In this document: piece after piece, positions 26,790 through 41,065 of the stretch
Numbering within the stretch: position 1 is the stretch's first letter
Layout of the letters: every line of letters starts with the position of its first letter
Assembly: GCF_000497125.1 (NCBI RefSeq)
Contig: NC_090601.1
Span: forward strand, 558,001-622,000
Source: Spironucleus salmonicida
Taxonomy: Eukaryota
Direction of reading: 5' to 3'
Length of the DNA: 64,000 nt
Notes under the pieces: generated by a model
Databases searched by the model: none
What the model was told of the DNA's origin: nothing
Seen by the model: only the letters and a program-made list of their open reading frames with translations
Translations under genes and position numbers: made by a program

Positions 26790-27767
26790 AAATTCAATGA
26801 CTTTAAATTTATAATCACTTTTTTAAAATTTGCGTTATTTAAACAACTGAATAAATTATCTACTAGTTATTTGGCTATATTAATAAGAAAACTATATTTA
26901 ACATCCCGTTATATTAAATTTTGCTGTCAATATTAACTATTCCTATAAATAGGTTGTATCTAACATTCACTATATCATATCACTCTCTGTTATTCTATAT
27001 ATGTTATGAATAAATAATGAAAGTTTAAAAGATACAACCAATTACAAAATTGGCAAAAAATCATTACGCACATGTGTATTTAATACAGTATGATTGTAAA
27101 ATCTAGTATAATTGATAATATTTTAATAATTTAAACTATATAGATAGATGAAATTGGATAATTTTATAAAATATATCTGTATGATATAATATTATTTTAA
27201 TTATAAATTAAAATAACATCAATATTATGATTGAATCCCATTATCGCATAATTAATAATAAACAATTAATTTTGGTTATATTGAATTACAATACATAAAA
27301 TTTTACATTATATTATGAAATATTTCATAAATTCAAAAATAATAATTCAGACAAAATTATCTTCTAACATTCGCTGAACACATTGCTTGTAAAGTAAATA
27401 CACAAAAATGCAAACACATGAAAAAATATAATGATAAATATTTACCTTAAGCACTCGTATTTATACACCAATAATCTTATTTAGATTTTGATACCATTAG
27501 TATTTACAATTAACAAATAACCTAAAATATTATATTATCTATAACCCAAATGTACAACCAGTAATTTAAGCATCTTAAGTATAATTACGTATGCAAAACT
27601 ACAAATAATTCCTCATTTTCTAGTTTCACCCAATACTGCCTCATTAACAATACCAAAGTTCAACCCCCGCCAAAATAATCAATTTTTCCTCTACATTCCA
27701 TTCCATTTTATTTTTATTTTTATTTTAATATTATATAATATTAATATTATTTTTTCTTTCCAAAATC

Positions 27768-28220
27768 ATGTTCCGACCACGGTACCGCGAAATGACTAAG
27801 CAGACACTCCAGTCATTCAAACAGGCTGAGAAGGTGTACAGTTCGGCGAAGCCAAAAACCCCGTCTTTCTACTTCACTAATGCTAGCAAAATGTACCTGG
27901 CGAACGATCAAGTACATTTCGACCTTTTCTACAACAGTATTTCGGCGCAACTTTTGCGACACTCTACATCGCCAGGGTTCGATATGAAACAAAATTTTGG
28001 TTGCCAATTTGTGGTCAAAACCCTGCCCGAAGGCATCGAAATTGCAGCCCAAGAAAACGAAGTTTTAGAGAGCCAAAGCATCGAAAATGGAAGCATTTCC
28101 TCCAATTTATCCGAAAAAGAAGCAGAAATCAACCCACCGCAGTCGGGCGAGGATTATTATTCGTATTTGGAGCCCGGCATAACCGCACACTTGGAGAGCG
28201 ACGAATTTGCGCTGAAGTGA
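27768..28220 (+). CDS. Hypothetical protein, 150 aa
   Basis: ORF begins right after an AT-rich intergenic tract with TCCAAAATCATG; stop in AAGTGA; no family recognised. Confidence 0.65.
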   Translation: MFRPRYREMTKQTLQSFKQAEKVYSSAKPKTPSFYFTNASKMYLANDQVHFDLFYNSISAQLLRHSTSPGFDMKQNFGCQFVVKTLPEGIEIAAQENEVLESQSIENGSISSNLSEKEAEINPPQSGEDYYSYLEPGITAHLESDEFALK

Positions 28221-28567
28221 GGTTTTAGCAGGTTAAAATTCAGCTTAAATTGGAGGGTAGGGCCAGCGCGTCGATTTGACCTATTAACTAGTGTTGTGTC
28301 TGGTGTGTGAGTGTCAATGGCTTCCAGCAGCGCAAGACGGCAGTATTTAGCGTTGAAAATGATGTATTTGTGCAGCAGAAATCGTGCGATTTCAGAATTA
28401 GGTATTTTGAGAATTTTCTGGTTTGGTGAGCATTAGGGGCTTCGGATAATAAATATTAGGCAAATGGACGCTTAATATTGATCTAGTTTTTAGCAGAGAT
28501 AAAGAACATGGAGATTTACTTTATTGTCATTTATATATAATATATCAAATTTCACAAATTTTAAAAA

Positions 28568-29269
28568 ATGAGTGTCCGTGTGTGGGCTAACACTCAGCCT
28601 TTTGATACTTAAACATGGCTGCATAATTAAGGTACTACTCATTATTAAGAGCATCTAAGGAAAAGTAATGAAAAATAATTATCAATACAAAAATTTTTAC
28701 AGTTGACGGCATATGAGCAGAATTTTATCACAGGATTGGAAATATCAACCAGGCAAAAAGAATTAGATTTTGAGTTTTTAATTAATCTGTAATTTTTATG
28801 TATTAATGATATATAATGTGAAAGATTAATTAATATTTAAAGTTGTAAAAATTTATAGATAGTATTAGCTGATTCTAATAAACTTACATCGGTTTAAGAG
28901 ATAGCTGATTTACCAGAACTATTATGGCTTCATGCACCCTGCAATAATTTAATATTTAGCCCTAAATTTCCAAAAAATACTAAAATATGCATGTTAAATT
29001 TGAATAATAATCCATTGAAGTTTGGTTATTAGTTGCCTTAGATTAAACAAATATTATAAGGAGCTATCGTTAATTATAATAAATTATAGATAATATTGGA
29101 AAATAATTAAGTACCATAATTAATTAAAGGTGTAGATAAGAATATATAGACTAAAGTCCCTGACAGGTATGAAGATGATGAGTATGAAGAAAGAATAAGA
29201 AACCTAGAAGTATAAAACCATATTATTTAGTAATAAATTAAACTATTATAAGGTAGTAATGTAGAGTGA
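28568..29269 (+). CDS. Leucine-rich repeat protein, 233 aa
   Basis: Code-6 ORF with LQIVLADSNKLTSV, LLWLHAPCNNL and ICMLNLNNNPL repeats; stop in GAGTGA. Confidence 0.8.
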
Positions 29270-29420
29270 CTAGATATTATTATCTATATTAAAAACCAGC
29301 AATTTTTGATATATTAATATAAGTATTATGTAAGTATATAGTTCGAGGAAGCTCATCATGTTTTATTAAAAATATCTAATTTCTAAAACTATTTTAACAT
29401 CCCATTAATTATTATTTGTT

Positions 29421-30053
29421 ATGAACTTGGATAAAAAAGTAGAGAGCCTTGAAATAGATGTCAATTAAATCTTAAAAGATGATACAAACGTTAAACATTT
29501 TTTGATGAAGATGGAACGGGCCTAAGAACTTCAAGCTGAAATAGAACTATAAATAATCGATAATTTCACAGAGGATAATCAATAAGAAAAAATATTATTA
29601 AAATAGTACTAAATTAAGATGGAGGAAATCGTAAAGTCACTAAAAACTAAAATTAAAGAGATGTAATATATTTAAATAAACAAAAATGACAATTTAGAAT
29701 CTTATAGAAAATTACAACTATAGTTAACATGTACCAATTTAATAGAGGCTAGCAACAACGTAGATGATGTTTTGAGCGATTTAGATATAATCACATAATT
29801 GAACGATACAATTATGAGCACAATTTATTTAGATTTAAAACGTTTAGATCTGGTTTCGGATACAGCAACTACAGTTTAATAAGAACTACGTACTGTGAAA
29901 ACTCAGCTTTCTGAAGTAATGTTAAAAGTTACCAAAGGTAAGTAGAAAAAGATTATTTTATTCATTATACTCACTATTCTACTAATTTTATCCATTTTTG
30001 ATTTCTGTTTTAGATTAATGTAACTTAGAGTTGAAAACAGCACAGTAATCTGA
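29421..30053 (+). CDS. Tail-anchored coiled-coil protein, SNARE-like, 210 aa
   Basis: Helical N-terminus, heptad region, basic KGKQKK followed by TM IILFIILTILLILSIF. ORF is clear; the SNARE call is from architecture only. Confidence 0.65.
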
Positions 30054-30201
30054 GTTTCATTATATATTTATTATCATTATTTAAATCATAGTTTTTATTA
30101 TATATTATACATGTAAACAAAAATTAAATAAATTTGTATATTTTTATGTTTACAATATATCTATTATTATGTACAAATATTTATTTATTACTCAATGTAA
30201 A

Positions 30202-31659
30202 ATGAACTGCATAGCTCCCATGATTGATGGCTCAGAGTACCCTTTTAGACAACTCGTATCCCATTTTGGCGTTACCCATTTTTGGACACCAATGTATAAC
30301 GCCGCATCCCTGCTGACGAACAAGCCTCTCATCGCACAACTCGAAAAGACGCTCTCAACAGAAGCCAGAAAAGTTGTTTTCCAGCTCGCTGGCACAGAAC
30401 CTTCCGCATTTGAGGCTGCTGCACGCCTCTTCATGCACCATAAGAATATTAGCCACTTCGAACTCAACCTCGGCTGCGCGCAGTCCTGTGCCCAAAAAGG
30501 CAAGTACGGCTCCTACTTAATGACAGAAAAAACGCTCATTTCGGCCATTTTCCATTCCTTTCGTAAACTTGATCTGCAAATTTCTGCAAAATGCAGAATT
30601 TTCGAAAGCGATAACGAGACGGCTGATTTTATTTAGTTTCTGATCGACGAAAAGTGCAGCCGAATCACGGTCCATGCAAGACTCTCAAAACTGAAAATGG
30701 GCTGCTACTCTGGAGATGCGCGAATTCAAGATTTGAGTATCATGTTGGGAGAATTTTAGAAGAAAAATCCGTAAATCGAGTTCATCTTAAATGGCGGAAT
30801 AAGCGATTTTCAGCAGGTAAAGTACATCCAGGAAAAGTACAAAATCGGTGTCATGAGTGGTTAAATCCTACTCCAAAATTGCTTTTTATTTTGTGAGAAT
30901 TTAGAAGCGAAAAATCAATTTTTAGTTGAATTCATGAAAAAATTTAATCCTCAAAATAACTATTTTTAGCGAATTAGAGCAGAATTTCAGTCTCCGCGTG
31001 CAATTGACTATCAGGAGATCCCGATTTCTTCAGACTGGAATTCAAGTTTGAGTAACGACAAGATGACGAAACTGATGGAAATGTAGCCAAAAGGTGCAAT
31101 TTTCGGTTCTGTAGAATTGCGAAAAATGCGAATTCGAGCTCTTCTCATGCTCACTGAAGAGTTTTTATCTGCATATTTCGGCGGTTTAGAGGCCCCTTTT
31201 ACCAGCATTATCAATCACGCGATGCAGCTCATCGGTCGTGATTTGCTCCGTGTACAGACGGACCTCAGAGCGCTCCTGGCTGGTAAGAAATGGCGTTCTG
31301 AGTTCATTGACAAAAATGAGTGGTTCAGAATGAAAATTCAGCAGGTTCAGTGCGTTGGAATCGAGGTCATCCGGCGGCTTGAAGATGGAGAAGGGTGCTT
31401 TGACGGAGTGGAAAAATTAGAAGGAATGAAAAATTCGGAAAATTCGGATAGGGATTAACTGAAATCTGGATAATGCGGTGCATATTGTGATTAAAACTAG
31501 AGAGAATAAGGCGAGGAGAAATTAGACGAAATGGCTGGGTAGTAGGAGGCAAATAGAGGTGATAGGCTCGTAAATGTTAGCGGAATGTAAAATTTAGGGT
31601 TAGAATAAGCGTAACAGGCAGAAGATGATATCTTAAACTGCAAATGTGACGATAAGTGA
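30202..31659 (+). CDS. DUS: tRNA-dihydrouridine synthase family protein, 485 aa
   Basis: IAPMIDGSEYPFR, VFQLAG, ELNLGCAQ, GSYLM, SAKCRI, ITVHAR, ILNGGI motifs; stop in AAGTGA. Confidence 0.9.
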
Positions 31660-31877
31660 AAGTTAAATACAGTTTTATAAATATTTTAAGGAAAAATAGA
31701 AATTTGATTGATTTAAAAGATAAAAGATTATTTTATTTTGATAGATATTCCTCTTCTATCTGAAAGTAGGCACAGGTTCTTTAATTTTTATTTTCAATAT
31801 AAGATTTTAGAAACAAATAAATATATTTTTATATAACATAAACATACTCATATGTAAAAGCTATCGGTACTCATGAC

Positions 31878-32273
31878 TCACTAAAGCGATTTTGTAAGAA
31901 AATGCGGTGTTTAAATAGCATGGATTGACTGATTTGAATTTTTAAGGTGTGAGTGGTAGTATACACAAACTTTTATAGATTTATTATTCTATAATTTATT
32001 AATAATTTCTAATGCATCAGACTACTTAACTCTATATGAAAGGGTTTCAAATGATTATTATGTTGGTGGAATTGATTTAAATTTATGATTTTTAAGCGGA
32101 TGTAACTTAGGAGTTGTGGTCTATTGTCCATATTATAGAAAAACTTATTCTAGTTTAAAGTTTTAGTTGTTGGATATATGCTTTAACTTGTTTTTTTATA
32201 GGTTTAGTTTATTGTGTAACTTAAAGTCATCTTAAGAGTCATATAAATACTTATCTAAATTTTTAATGATCAT
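31878..32273 (-). CDS. Hypothetical protein, 131 aa
   Basis: Code-6 ORF MIIKNLDKYLYDSQ...LTKSLQ ending in TAGTGA; AT-rich and an overlapping frame is also open, so uncertain. Confidence 0.35.
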
Positions 32274-35004
32274 TAGAAAGGAGTACTAATATTATTTTAT
32301 TACATAAAGATTATATAACATATTCACTTCTCAACAAATGAATGTCAAATTCTTCTAATTTTTATTAAGATTAAATAATATTCTGAGATATTGATATACT
32401 TTAGAAACTATTATTTTACCTTTTACCCGTCAGAAATCATTAATAAAATAGTTTACTGTTAAACTGATTTTACCTAACATATTTATTTTATTTGAATTTA
32501 GATTCTGGTTAATAATTTAATCTCACAATTAAAATTTTTGTTATACTAAATAGTTATTTACATTTTTTTTCAATTTCATCAATTTATGGCACTTTTGGTA
32601 TGCACTTGATCTAATTAATTAAAACTTTCATATTGTTATTTTTAATTTCGCTAAAAATCATATATTTTTATTATTCATTAAGTAATAGATTATATCCTAA
32701 TTATTTAGTACTTATCTACACCAAATAACGTGCGAGATCAGTAAACTATTCATATCTATTAATAAGAAAAAGGATTCGGATAGCTACGCGCAATTCTGTT
32801 TTTGGCTTCATTAATAAAAATAAATACATATATAATACATCAAAATATAATATATAGATTTTTTAAAGAATTAAGTTATTTATCTTCACTCGCTATCAAA
32901 CTAAATATCCCCTATTCTATTAGCATACATTTATATTGTTTCCAGTTCTGTCTAATCTACACTATTAAAACTAATTGGGCTTTTAAATGAGCGAGAGGTA
33001 ATTCTAGAAATAATACTGGCAAAAGATGTTCTTTCTTTATCTATTAGTTGTGTTTACTATGTACTTTGTGGTGATTAATAAGTAGTGTAATTTGATGATT
33101 ACTGAAAATCTAGTTTCTATTTGTTAGAATATGATTTTTGATTACTATTCATTAATTCAAAAAATTTAATATGAAGTTCTTAGTTTGTAATCTAGTCACC
33201 CTTACCAAATCTAATCAAATATTTTAGACCATTACGATACTCTTTTATGTAAAAATAATGACCCCCCAACCTCCAAAATCTATACCGTATATAATCTAAT
33301 TTCTCAACTGTTTTCATTTTAGTGAATCTTTTGTAAGATGGAAATTATTATCCTGATTTTTAAGCCTTAAATAATAAAGTATCACTATCACTAAAAAAGA
33401 ATAAATATCCTTATTCACACATTATAAATTAGTATTTATCAAATTGATAAAATTGTACTGTCCAAATCGTCACATATGGAATATAAACTATAATCTAATA
33501 ACCAAGGTGTATCGGGTGACTCGGACAAGCTCTATTCTTATGTGACAATAATTTCTGACGGATGAACTATCATATTAAGAGAAAGGGTATAACATAATTG
33601 TATAATAATTTTAATTATATAATTAAATTTCTGACTTAATAATTTTAATATTTATTGAGTACATATAAATTATAAGATATATTATTTACTAATTATAATT
33701 ATCTAATAATTATTTTTATTATATTTTATTTACTATTATCGTAATTAAAAATGCAAAAAAGTAAAACTATTTCACAATTTAAGAGAAAATAATTACTCAA
33801 TCATTGTTTTAACTAAATATTAAATAATATATATCTAGAATTTATATCAATTTTATATAAATCTATTAAACAGTAATCATCTGAAGTATTTAAACTATTA
33901 TAATATTATATCATAGCATCAATAAAACTAATTAGTATAAATGAAATACACATCAAGTATTTATGACAGACCTAACCTCAGTTATGATAGAAATGGTTTA
34001 CTAAGAAATATTTATTAACTATATACAAGGTAATTCTTTTTACAATGGCTATAAGATATGTTACTACTATCAATATAAGTATAATGATGATACAATTATA
34101 TTATTCATAATGAGTAATCTAGTTAACATTGTCAAAGACTATATACTGCTAATCAGCTCATTAATATTTTATCAATTATTCTCAATAAAAATTAACAGCA
34201 TTATATAGAAACATAATTATTAACTCGGAATCAGTTTTAATAATATTTACTTGATATAGCATTTGATTATACTTATTAAGATTTTATGTAGAATTTATAG
34301 TTATCAAACGAAGTTTTTAATTTAAGTTTAATATTGATTATCAAAGAATCATATAAGTAAATATAAATAACTATAAATATATTATTAATATAAGTTGTAT
34401 CAACATATTTCATCAATATTTCAAAAAATATTGGCATGATCATGACAAATTACACAATATTATCAGATATCAGTAATATTGTTATATTTACAAAAGTTTA
34501 AGTAAATAGATTTGAAACCATACTATGAAAGATGACAATATTATAAATCTTACCATAATTACATTAATTTATAATATCTTTACGACCCAAACACTTATAT
34601 CAGATAAGTTACTGGTAAAAAGTTATATTGAACATCAAAGATTATTTAATTATGGAATTATTGTTAGCTAATTGTTTGATAGAAATATGTTTTTAATAAT
34701 ATAATACAAGCAAATTTATATATGATATCTTACATTGAATGAATATTACCCAAGTAGGTGAAATGCTTTTTACATATAGTAGTTTTACTATAAATATTTA
34801 ATTTGTCGATCAAAAACATTAAGTAGCCCATATAGTCGTCATTTTTATATACAGATGTTAGAATAAGTAATTTAACCATAATTATAATGTATCTAAATAT
34901 AAGTAGTTTTACTGACTCATCCATTATATTATTTAATATTTAAGTGTGTTATGTTTTAATAAGAATAAATAGCCTATTTTTATAGTTAACAAAAGTATCA
35001 CATA

Positions 35005-38000
35005 TAATATATTAAAAATACTACTTATCGCCCATAATAATACCCAACCTATTAACCAAGCAAACCACAAATAATTCTAAACAACTCCTCATTTAGTTTT
35101 AAATAGTTTTTAACTCGCTTTAAAGAATCTATACCAACGTCTAAAATATTGTTAAACCCCACCAATATCAATATGCACTTAATTTTCTATACAAAATATA
35201 TTATACTTCATTCATTTAGTATTATTATATACACAAATCTTAAATTTCCATCTACAGCCTCTCTGATAAATTTTATAATTAAAGAATCTAAATTTACCAA
35301 GAAACTTACTATACTTATTTTGTGTCTATTATGGCGTTACCATTTTACTAAAATCTCCAAAATGGGACGTTGGTCAACTTGCACAATCAAGAAAAATGGC
35401 TGCCACCTAGATGAATATTGCCCCGCAACGGACGAAACTCCGGTGAAGTGTGAGAAATGTTCCTATGCCATCACCGCTGGCTTCGGATGCAACTGCCGCC
35501 CGTACGATGAGAAGCCGAACTGCATATTTTGCAGTAATGAAAATTGCAAGAAATGTGTCGTTGGTTATTTCCTATTTAACGGCAACTGTATATCTTGTCC
35601 AGACGGGTGTGTAGATTGCTACTATCCTTAAAAATGCAATAAATGTGCAGACCAGTACGTTTTTGACGATGCCAGAGCCCAGTGCGTTCCTGCATGCCGC
35701 GATAACACAAATTGCAACCAGACGGATTGATATTACTGTAATGAGGATACGCACCAATGCAAGCACTGCGGCGAGTTCTGTGGGGGATGCTTGTCATAAG
35801 ATTTCTGCTATAAGTGCATTTAGAAAGAGGACGTCCTAAATAGTAATGGGACGTGCACGGCGGGATGCAAGGACCTGGAAGAGGGCTTTTACTGCAATGA
35901 GGGAAAGTAAGAGCCGTGCTTTGAGGGCATCACCTCAGCATGCAGGTGCAAGAGCGGGGACAACTGCGCAACCTGCTCGATCTACGGGAACTGCCATGCA
36001 TGCTTACCCAATTATTAGATTAACGAGTATGGGAACTGCTTCTAGTGCGCGCCGGGGTACGAGATCAAAGCCTAAACTTGCGTTCCAACCCAATATTCGC
36101 AGGCAGAGGCTGGCACATGCTCCCTATCCGTATAAGGCTGCAGGGCTGGCTTCTTCTGCCCCGCCGTGGATAAGTTTTTTGTAAAATGCCAAAAGTGCAA
36201 TGAGAACATGACTCTCGAACAATCATGCTATTGCGTTGATTATATCCCCACAGCTAACTGCATACAATGCGCAGGGCTCTCCTGTGGCTAGTACCATATC
36301 GCCCAGCACGACCACACGACACCTCTTCACAAGTGCCATCACGGCTGCTTCGAGTGTGATGAAAACAGGACGTGCTTAAGGTGCGCTCAAACCTATGTTT
36401 ACGACGAAAACTCCAACACATGCAACAATTATTGCTAGAACAACAAAGATTGCGAAATGGCACTGGGAAGCTTCTGCGACACGGGCTCTAAGCGGTGCAC
36501 GGCATGCCAAGCGGGGTGCCTGAAATGCAGTGCGAGCGACTTCTGCGAAAAGTGCGACCCAAGCAACTATGTCACAACGACAGCTGGACTTTGCACCCCG
36601 AAATGCGATTACCTGCTAGGCAGCTTCTACTGCAATAACGGAGCGCCGGCAGGATGCGAGGGAGGCATCACGTCGCAGTGCAGGTGTAGTGATTCGCAAA
36701 ACTGTGCCACCTGCACGCAGACCGGAAAGTGTGCATCGTGCTTTTCCCGTTTCGCCCTAAGCGGAAAAGGAGATTGCCAGCTATGCCAAAGGGGCTATGC
36801 GCATATAGGGGACCTGTGTGTTGCAGTAAGAGTGGACCCCGAGGTGTCGGGCTCATGCACAAGCGAGCAGCCGACGTGCAAGGCTGGCTACTTTTGCCCC
36901 GCCGTTGGCTCTCAACGCGTCTAGTGCTAGCTCTGCCGCGAGGATATGGCGCTTGGCGAGTCGTGTTACTGCGCGGACCACGTGCCAAGTAAAAACTGCG
37001 TCGAGTGCGTGAATGGTTAATGCACTAGAAGTCAGTATGACCACAAAGAGCATGTTCCGAGTCACCCAAAATGCCTTTCTGGATGTTACGAGTGTGACGA
37101 ATAGCAAAAGTGCTTAACGTGTGCTTAAACTTTCATATTAGATTAAGCAGCCAACACATGCAGTAACAAGTGCGAAACGAACCAGGACTGCGCCAAGGCG
37201 ATTGCAAGCTTTTGCGACACCGACACGAAGCGCTGCACCGAATGTCCTGCTGGATGTAGTTTTTGCAGTTCGGCAACTTTTTGCGATAAATGCGAAGATC
37301 GCAATTATGTCTTAACCACTACTGGGCTTTGTACGTCGAAGTGTGAAAACATTCCACTTGGATTTTACTGCAATGACGGGTTACCTGAACCGTGCCATGA
37401 AAACATAACATCTTAATGCAACTGTGGGAACTCCTAAAACTGCGCCCTTTGCAATTCTAACCATAAGGGATGCTTGAAATGCCTACCCAACATGCAGAAA
37501 AATACATATGGTATGTGCTTAACTGCTCTGGAATGGAAATTGTAAAACTAAAAAGCGGATGGGGAAGTCAAGTAGGAGCTCACACGCGATACTCTTGGTA
37601 TTAGCACCTACCTTGGAGCTGCTGCTGCTATTGGTATTTTGACCTTCAGCGTTGGCGCTGTGGCGTACATTGCCGTGAAGAAGGCCCGCAAGGCCGCTGG
37701 AGTCGCTGCTACTGCCATCAACTGATATAATTAATTCACTGTACCATAACAGCCCGCTCTGCTCAGCCATAATTTTGAATTTCAATTTAGCATAAGCTTC
37801 TTGATATTAAAACTGAAGGCATTTTCAATCCTTAATATTGGGTACAACGATGTCCATGCATAGTAAGATGTATCGAAAGTGTACTCGGCAAGTAAAATAT
37901 GATAGCCAAATATTTTTAGTTCGATACTTTTTCAATTTCCTCTGTAGCAATAGCATGGTTTTAAAGTATAGAAGCAAGGCGGCCAAGTATCAAATATGTA

Positions 38001-41000
38001 AAGGTCGCAGCATAAAACTGGAAAGAATCAAATCGCGTTAGCGATTAAGTGAATAACCCGTTTATGTCGCCATCCTATATGCTTTTCTCTATGTCATGTA
38101 TTTCCACTAAATCATAGTCAAAGCATATTGGCCTGCCTTTCGCACGCAGGCTGTTAGACATTTCTGATACCGGGTGCTTTCTTTTCACAAGTGACTGTTT
38201 ATCAGCAGGTGCGAAGGCATTCATGCGAACTGCCTACCAGCTATGTTCGTTTGCAGCACTACCAAACACTGCTCCCGACGGGCGCTGCCGGAGTACGGTG
38301 CGGAGCACAGCGGATTCCTCGCCGTTTTCGCAATCGGCGTTGCAGCGAGGAACCAGAGAGCTCGAGGGAATTTTTATTACCTGCAGTACATTGCCGCACA
38401 ACACCTCCGGGAGACAGTGTCTACCCCAACCATGCTTTGTCGTACTAGAGACATCGCTCCATTGCGACCTAGCCTTAGCGCGAAGTTTGCTCCCACCGAA
38501 ATCTCTAAATAAGGCATGCACATCCAGTACCAGGCCAGAAAACAATGGAACATGTTCAATCACGGTGGCTGCTGGTGAGTGCTAGAGCATGCGCCTTCCA
38601 GGGTTACACTAGTAATACATCCCACACGCCGCAAACCTGAGCAAGCGAACTAGCACCAGCCCAGGCACCAGATGGCCGTTTTTCAGGAAGCAAAGCTCCG
38701 ACCTGTGTACGCTGCAGGTTAGACGCATCCTTTACGGTAGTCCAATATTTTTAGTCAGACCCACTCGCAAAATTTCAGCGATTGGTGGTTGGGTACCAGC
38801 AGGACATACTATCGCCTGCGAAAACGATTGCAGCTCACTGCCAAAATCAGTTTTGCAGTTTTCGCGTAGACTACTTCCTGCGCACTGTTCCGTCCATTAT
38901 TGTAGGCAGTGGTGTTGGCAGCTTCAGTCTTAGACTCAGCCTGGCACCGCAAGTCTAATTCCTACGGGGCAGCAGACATATGGCTCGTTTGCAGCCAGAA
39001 GCCCTGTCTACCTAATGCTGTCTAGAATAGGGGCATTGGTACGTGCTGTTGCGACTGCAAGAGCCGGTAAACGATGGCTATGGCACACGCCCAAAGAGAT
39101 GCAAGTCCACGTCCGAAGGTTAGCGCCTGACGCTAGATTCTCTGCCGCTCACCAAGCTACAAACCTCATCGACCTCCAATTGTCATCCTTGCCTATTGCA
39201 GCGGATATGGCATGATGGTAACGAGGAACCGGCGAACACAAAATTGGCTTGGCGCCAGCCTTCGTCCCGTGTTCGCGCTAGGTTACCATCGAGTGAGGCT
39301 GCAATAGCTGCATGCCTCTGGGAATCGCAACGAGAGCCTTCCGCCCTCGAAGTTCTTTACAATAGCAGCGGTAACCCGGTCTGGAGAGCTTAACAATCTA
39401 GCATTCAGCTTTCTTCGCTGCCATTGATTGATAAAACTTAGTCCCACTGCAAATGCATGTGGTTTCTGCCAGGCGGCGCTGTGTAGACCTGTATGGATGA
39501 TACTCGGAGAGGAAATACTAGTATCATCACGGGCGAGGAAAAGAGCACGCCGTGCACTTGCTCCAGCACGACATGGATGTAATTGGGAGGGTTATCACGG
39601 GAGGTGGGAGCAGCCGTAAATTGTAAAGAAATGCTGCGATGAATCTGAATGCGGTATGCCACAGGGTATATCGCTGCATTTGGCAATCGGGCAGCTAGAT
39701 ACATAAGGGTATCATATACGGTCACACTTCGCAGCTTCACGAAACAACTAAAGCTGATGCTATGAGCACGCCGCGGCAGCTTCGGTTAGCCGTATCGCCA
39801 TTATCTCGATACCAGGTGCATGCCGAGCTAGCTGCGGTATCATCCGCGCAGGAACTGGGTGTTTGCTGGTAGAGAATGGGCAGCTTGGTATCTATCATCC
39901 CCATCCAGGCCTATTCACTTCCGCTGCGAACCTAACCGGACGCAGCTCCTCGCCTCCTGGGCCCGGCGGAGCCCTGCATCCACGTCAGTGGATCTTGGGA
40001 AGGTCTGGTCCTGTCAGACGGGCGCCGTTGCTCCGAGGCGAGCGAATGGTATCCCGAGGGCGGGTTACATTCTGGGGAATGGAGCTGTGTGCAAACCCCT
40101 CCATTCCCTTCCATTAATTCTAATATTCTCCGTAAAGGTGCGCCCAGCCTCAGAACCACCGTGCGAAGGCTTATTGCGGTGTTCGGATCGGCTTTTCATA
40201 CATGCAACCAGTGGAGCGATGGGCGTCCAGCGCGTTCAGTGACGGATCCGGCTCACTTGTCGTACTGCAGGGTCTCCCGCACCAGGGCTTCCGTATCGGT
40301 GGGCGTGGGGCGTGGCACCTCCGCCTGCCGTGTGGTGACGACGGCGCTTCTGCCCGGGAGCCAGGCACGCCTTTTGAGGTAGAAGAAGGCGATGAGGCCC
40401 ACCAGGCCCACTGCGACGAAGACCAGCACCACAATACCGGCTATGAGCCCCATGGACACGCCGTCCTGGTGGAGCTGCCCGTCCACGCACTGGAACAGCA
40501 CGGTGTTGAAGGTTTGCCCGGGCTCACATCGTGTGTCCACGCACCTGTCGCGCACGAACACGAAGCCCGGGCGGCAGACCGTACAGAGCTCGTTCACCAG
40601 GGCGTGTTCGTCGGCGCAGACACTGCACTTGGCCCCGGCGTCCAGCAGGTAGGTCGAGCACGTGCACACCCCTGCCTCGCACCTGCCCCTGCCTGCGCAC
40701 TCAGTACCGCTGTGCACGCAGCCGCTCGGCACGCAGGTATCCCCCACGCGCTCGAAACTAGCCAGACACTACGAGCATCCATGCACCGGGTCCAGGGCTG
40801 GGTCCCCGCAGCGACACTCCCCCGAGCCCTCGCAGGTCCCCTGCCCGCTGCAGATGGAGCTGCCCGTGATGCACTTCGCTGGGCGGCAGTCGTAGTTGGA
40901 CGCGTTGCCGAAGTACGCGGCCCCAGGCAAGCAGCCCTGGCACTGTTGCTTCGGGTCGTTGAACGGGAAGTTCCCGCAGTCTTTGCAGACGAACTGCGCG

Positions 41001-41065
41001 TTCTCCAGGGCGCAGGCCCCGCGACCGAAGCACCTCCCGTACTGCGTCTTGCACAGGTCGCGCCC
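35005..41065. repeat. Left arm of palindrome B (~6.06 kb)
   Basis: Reverse complement of 44796-50856 (coordinate sum 85861); only a few mismatches noticed (near 38398, 38668, 41040). Confidence 0.96.
35362..37725 (+). pseudogene. CRMP1-type gene, 787 codons, with one in-frame TGA at codon 123 (35728-35730)
   Basis: Otherwise fully open in code 6: MGRWSTCTIKKNGC..., three ~246-aa Cys modules, TM, KKARK tail. Pseudogene unless the TGA is read through. Confidence 0.8.

Noticed and set aside
28221-28430. Coding-like sequence after the 27768-28220 stop
   Set aside because: All three forward frames hit TGA; a frameshifted extension cannot be supported.
33751-34740. Possible gene in AT-rich DNA starting MQKSKTISQF
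   Set aside because: Broken by TGA in each frame tried; long open stretches are expected by chance when only TGA stops.
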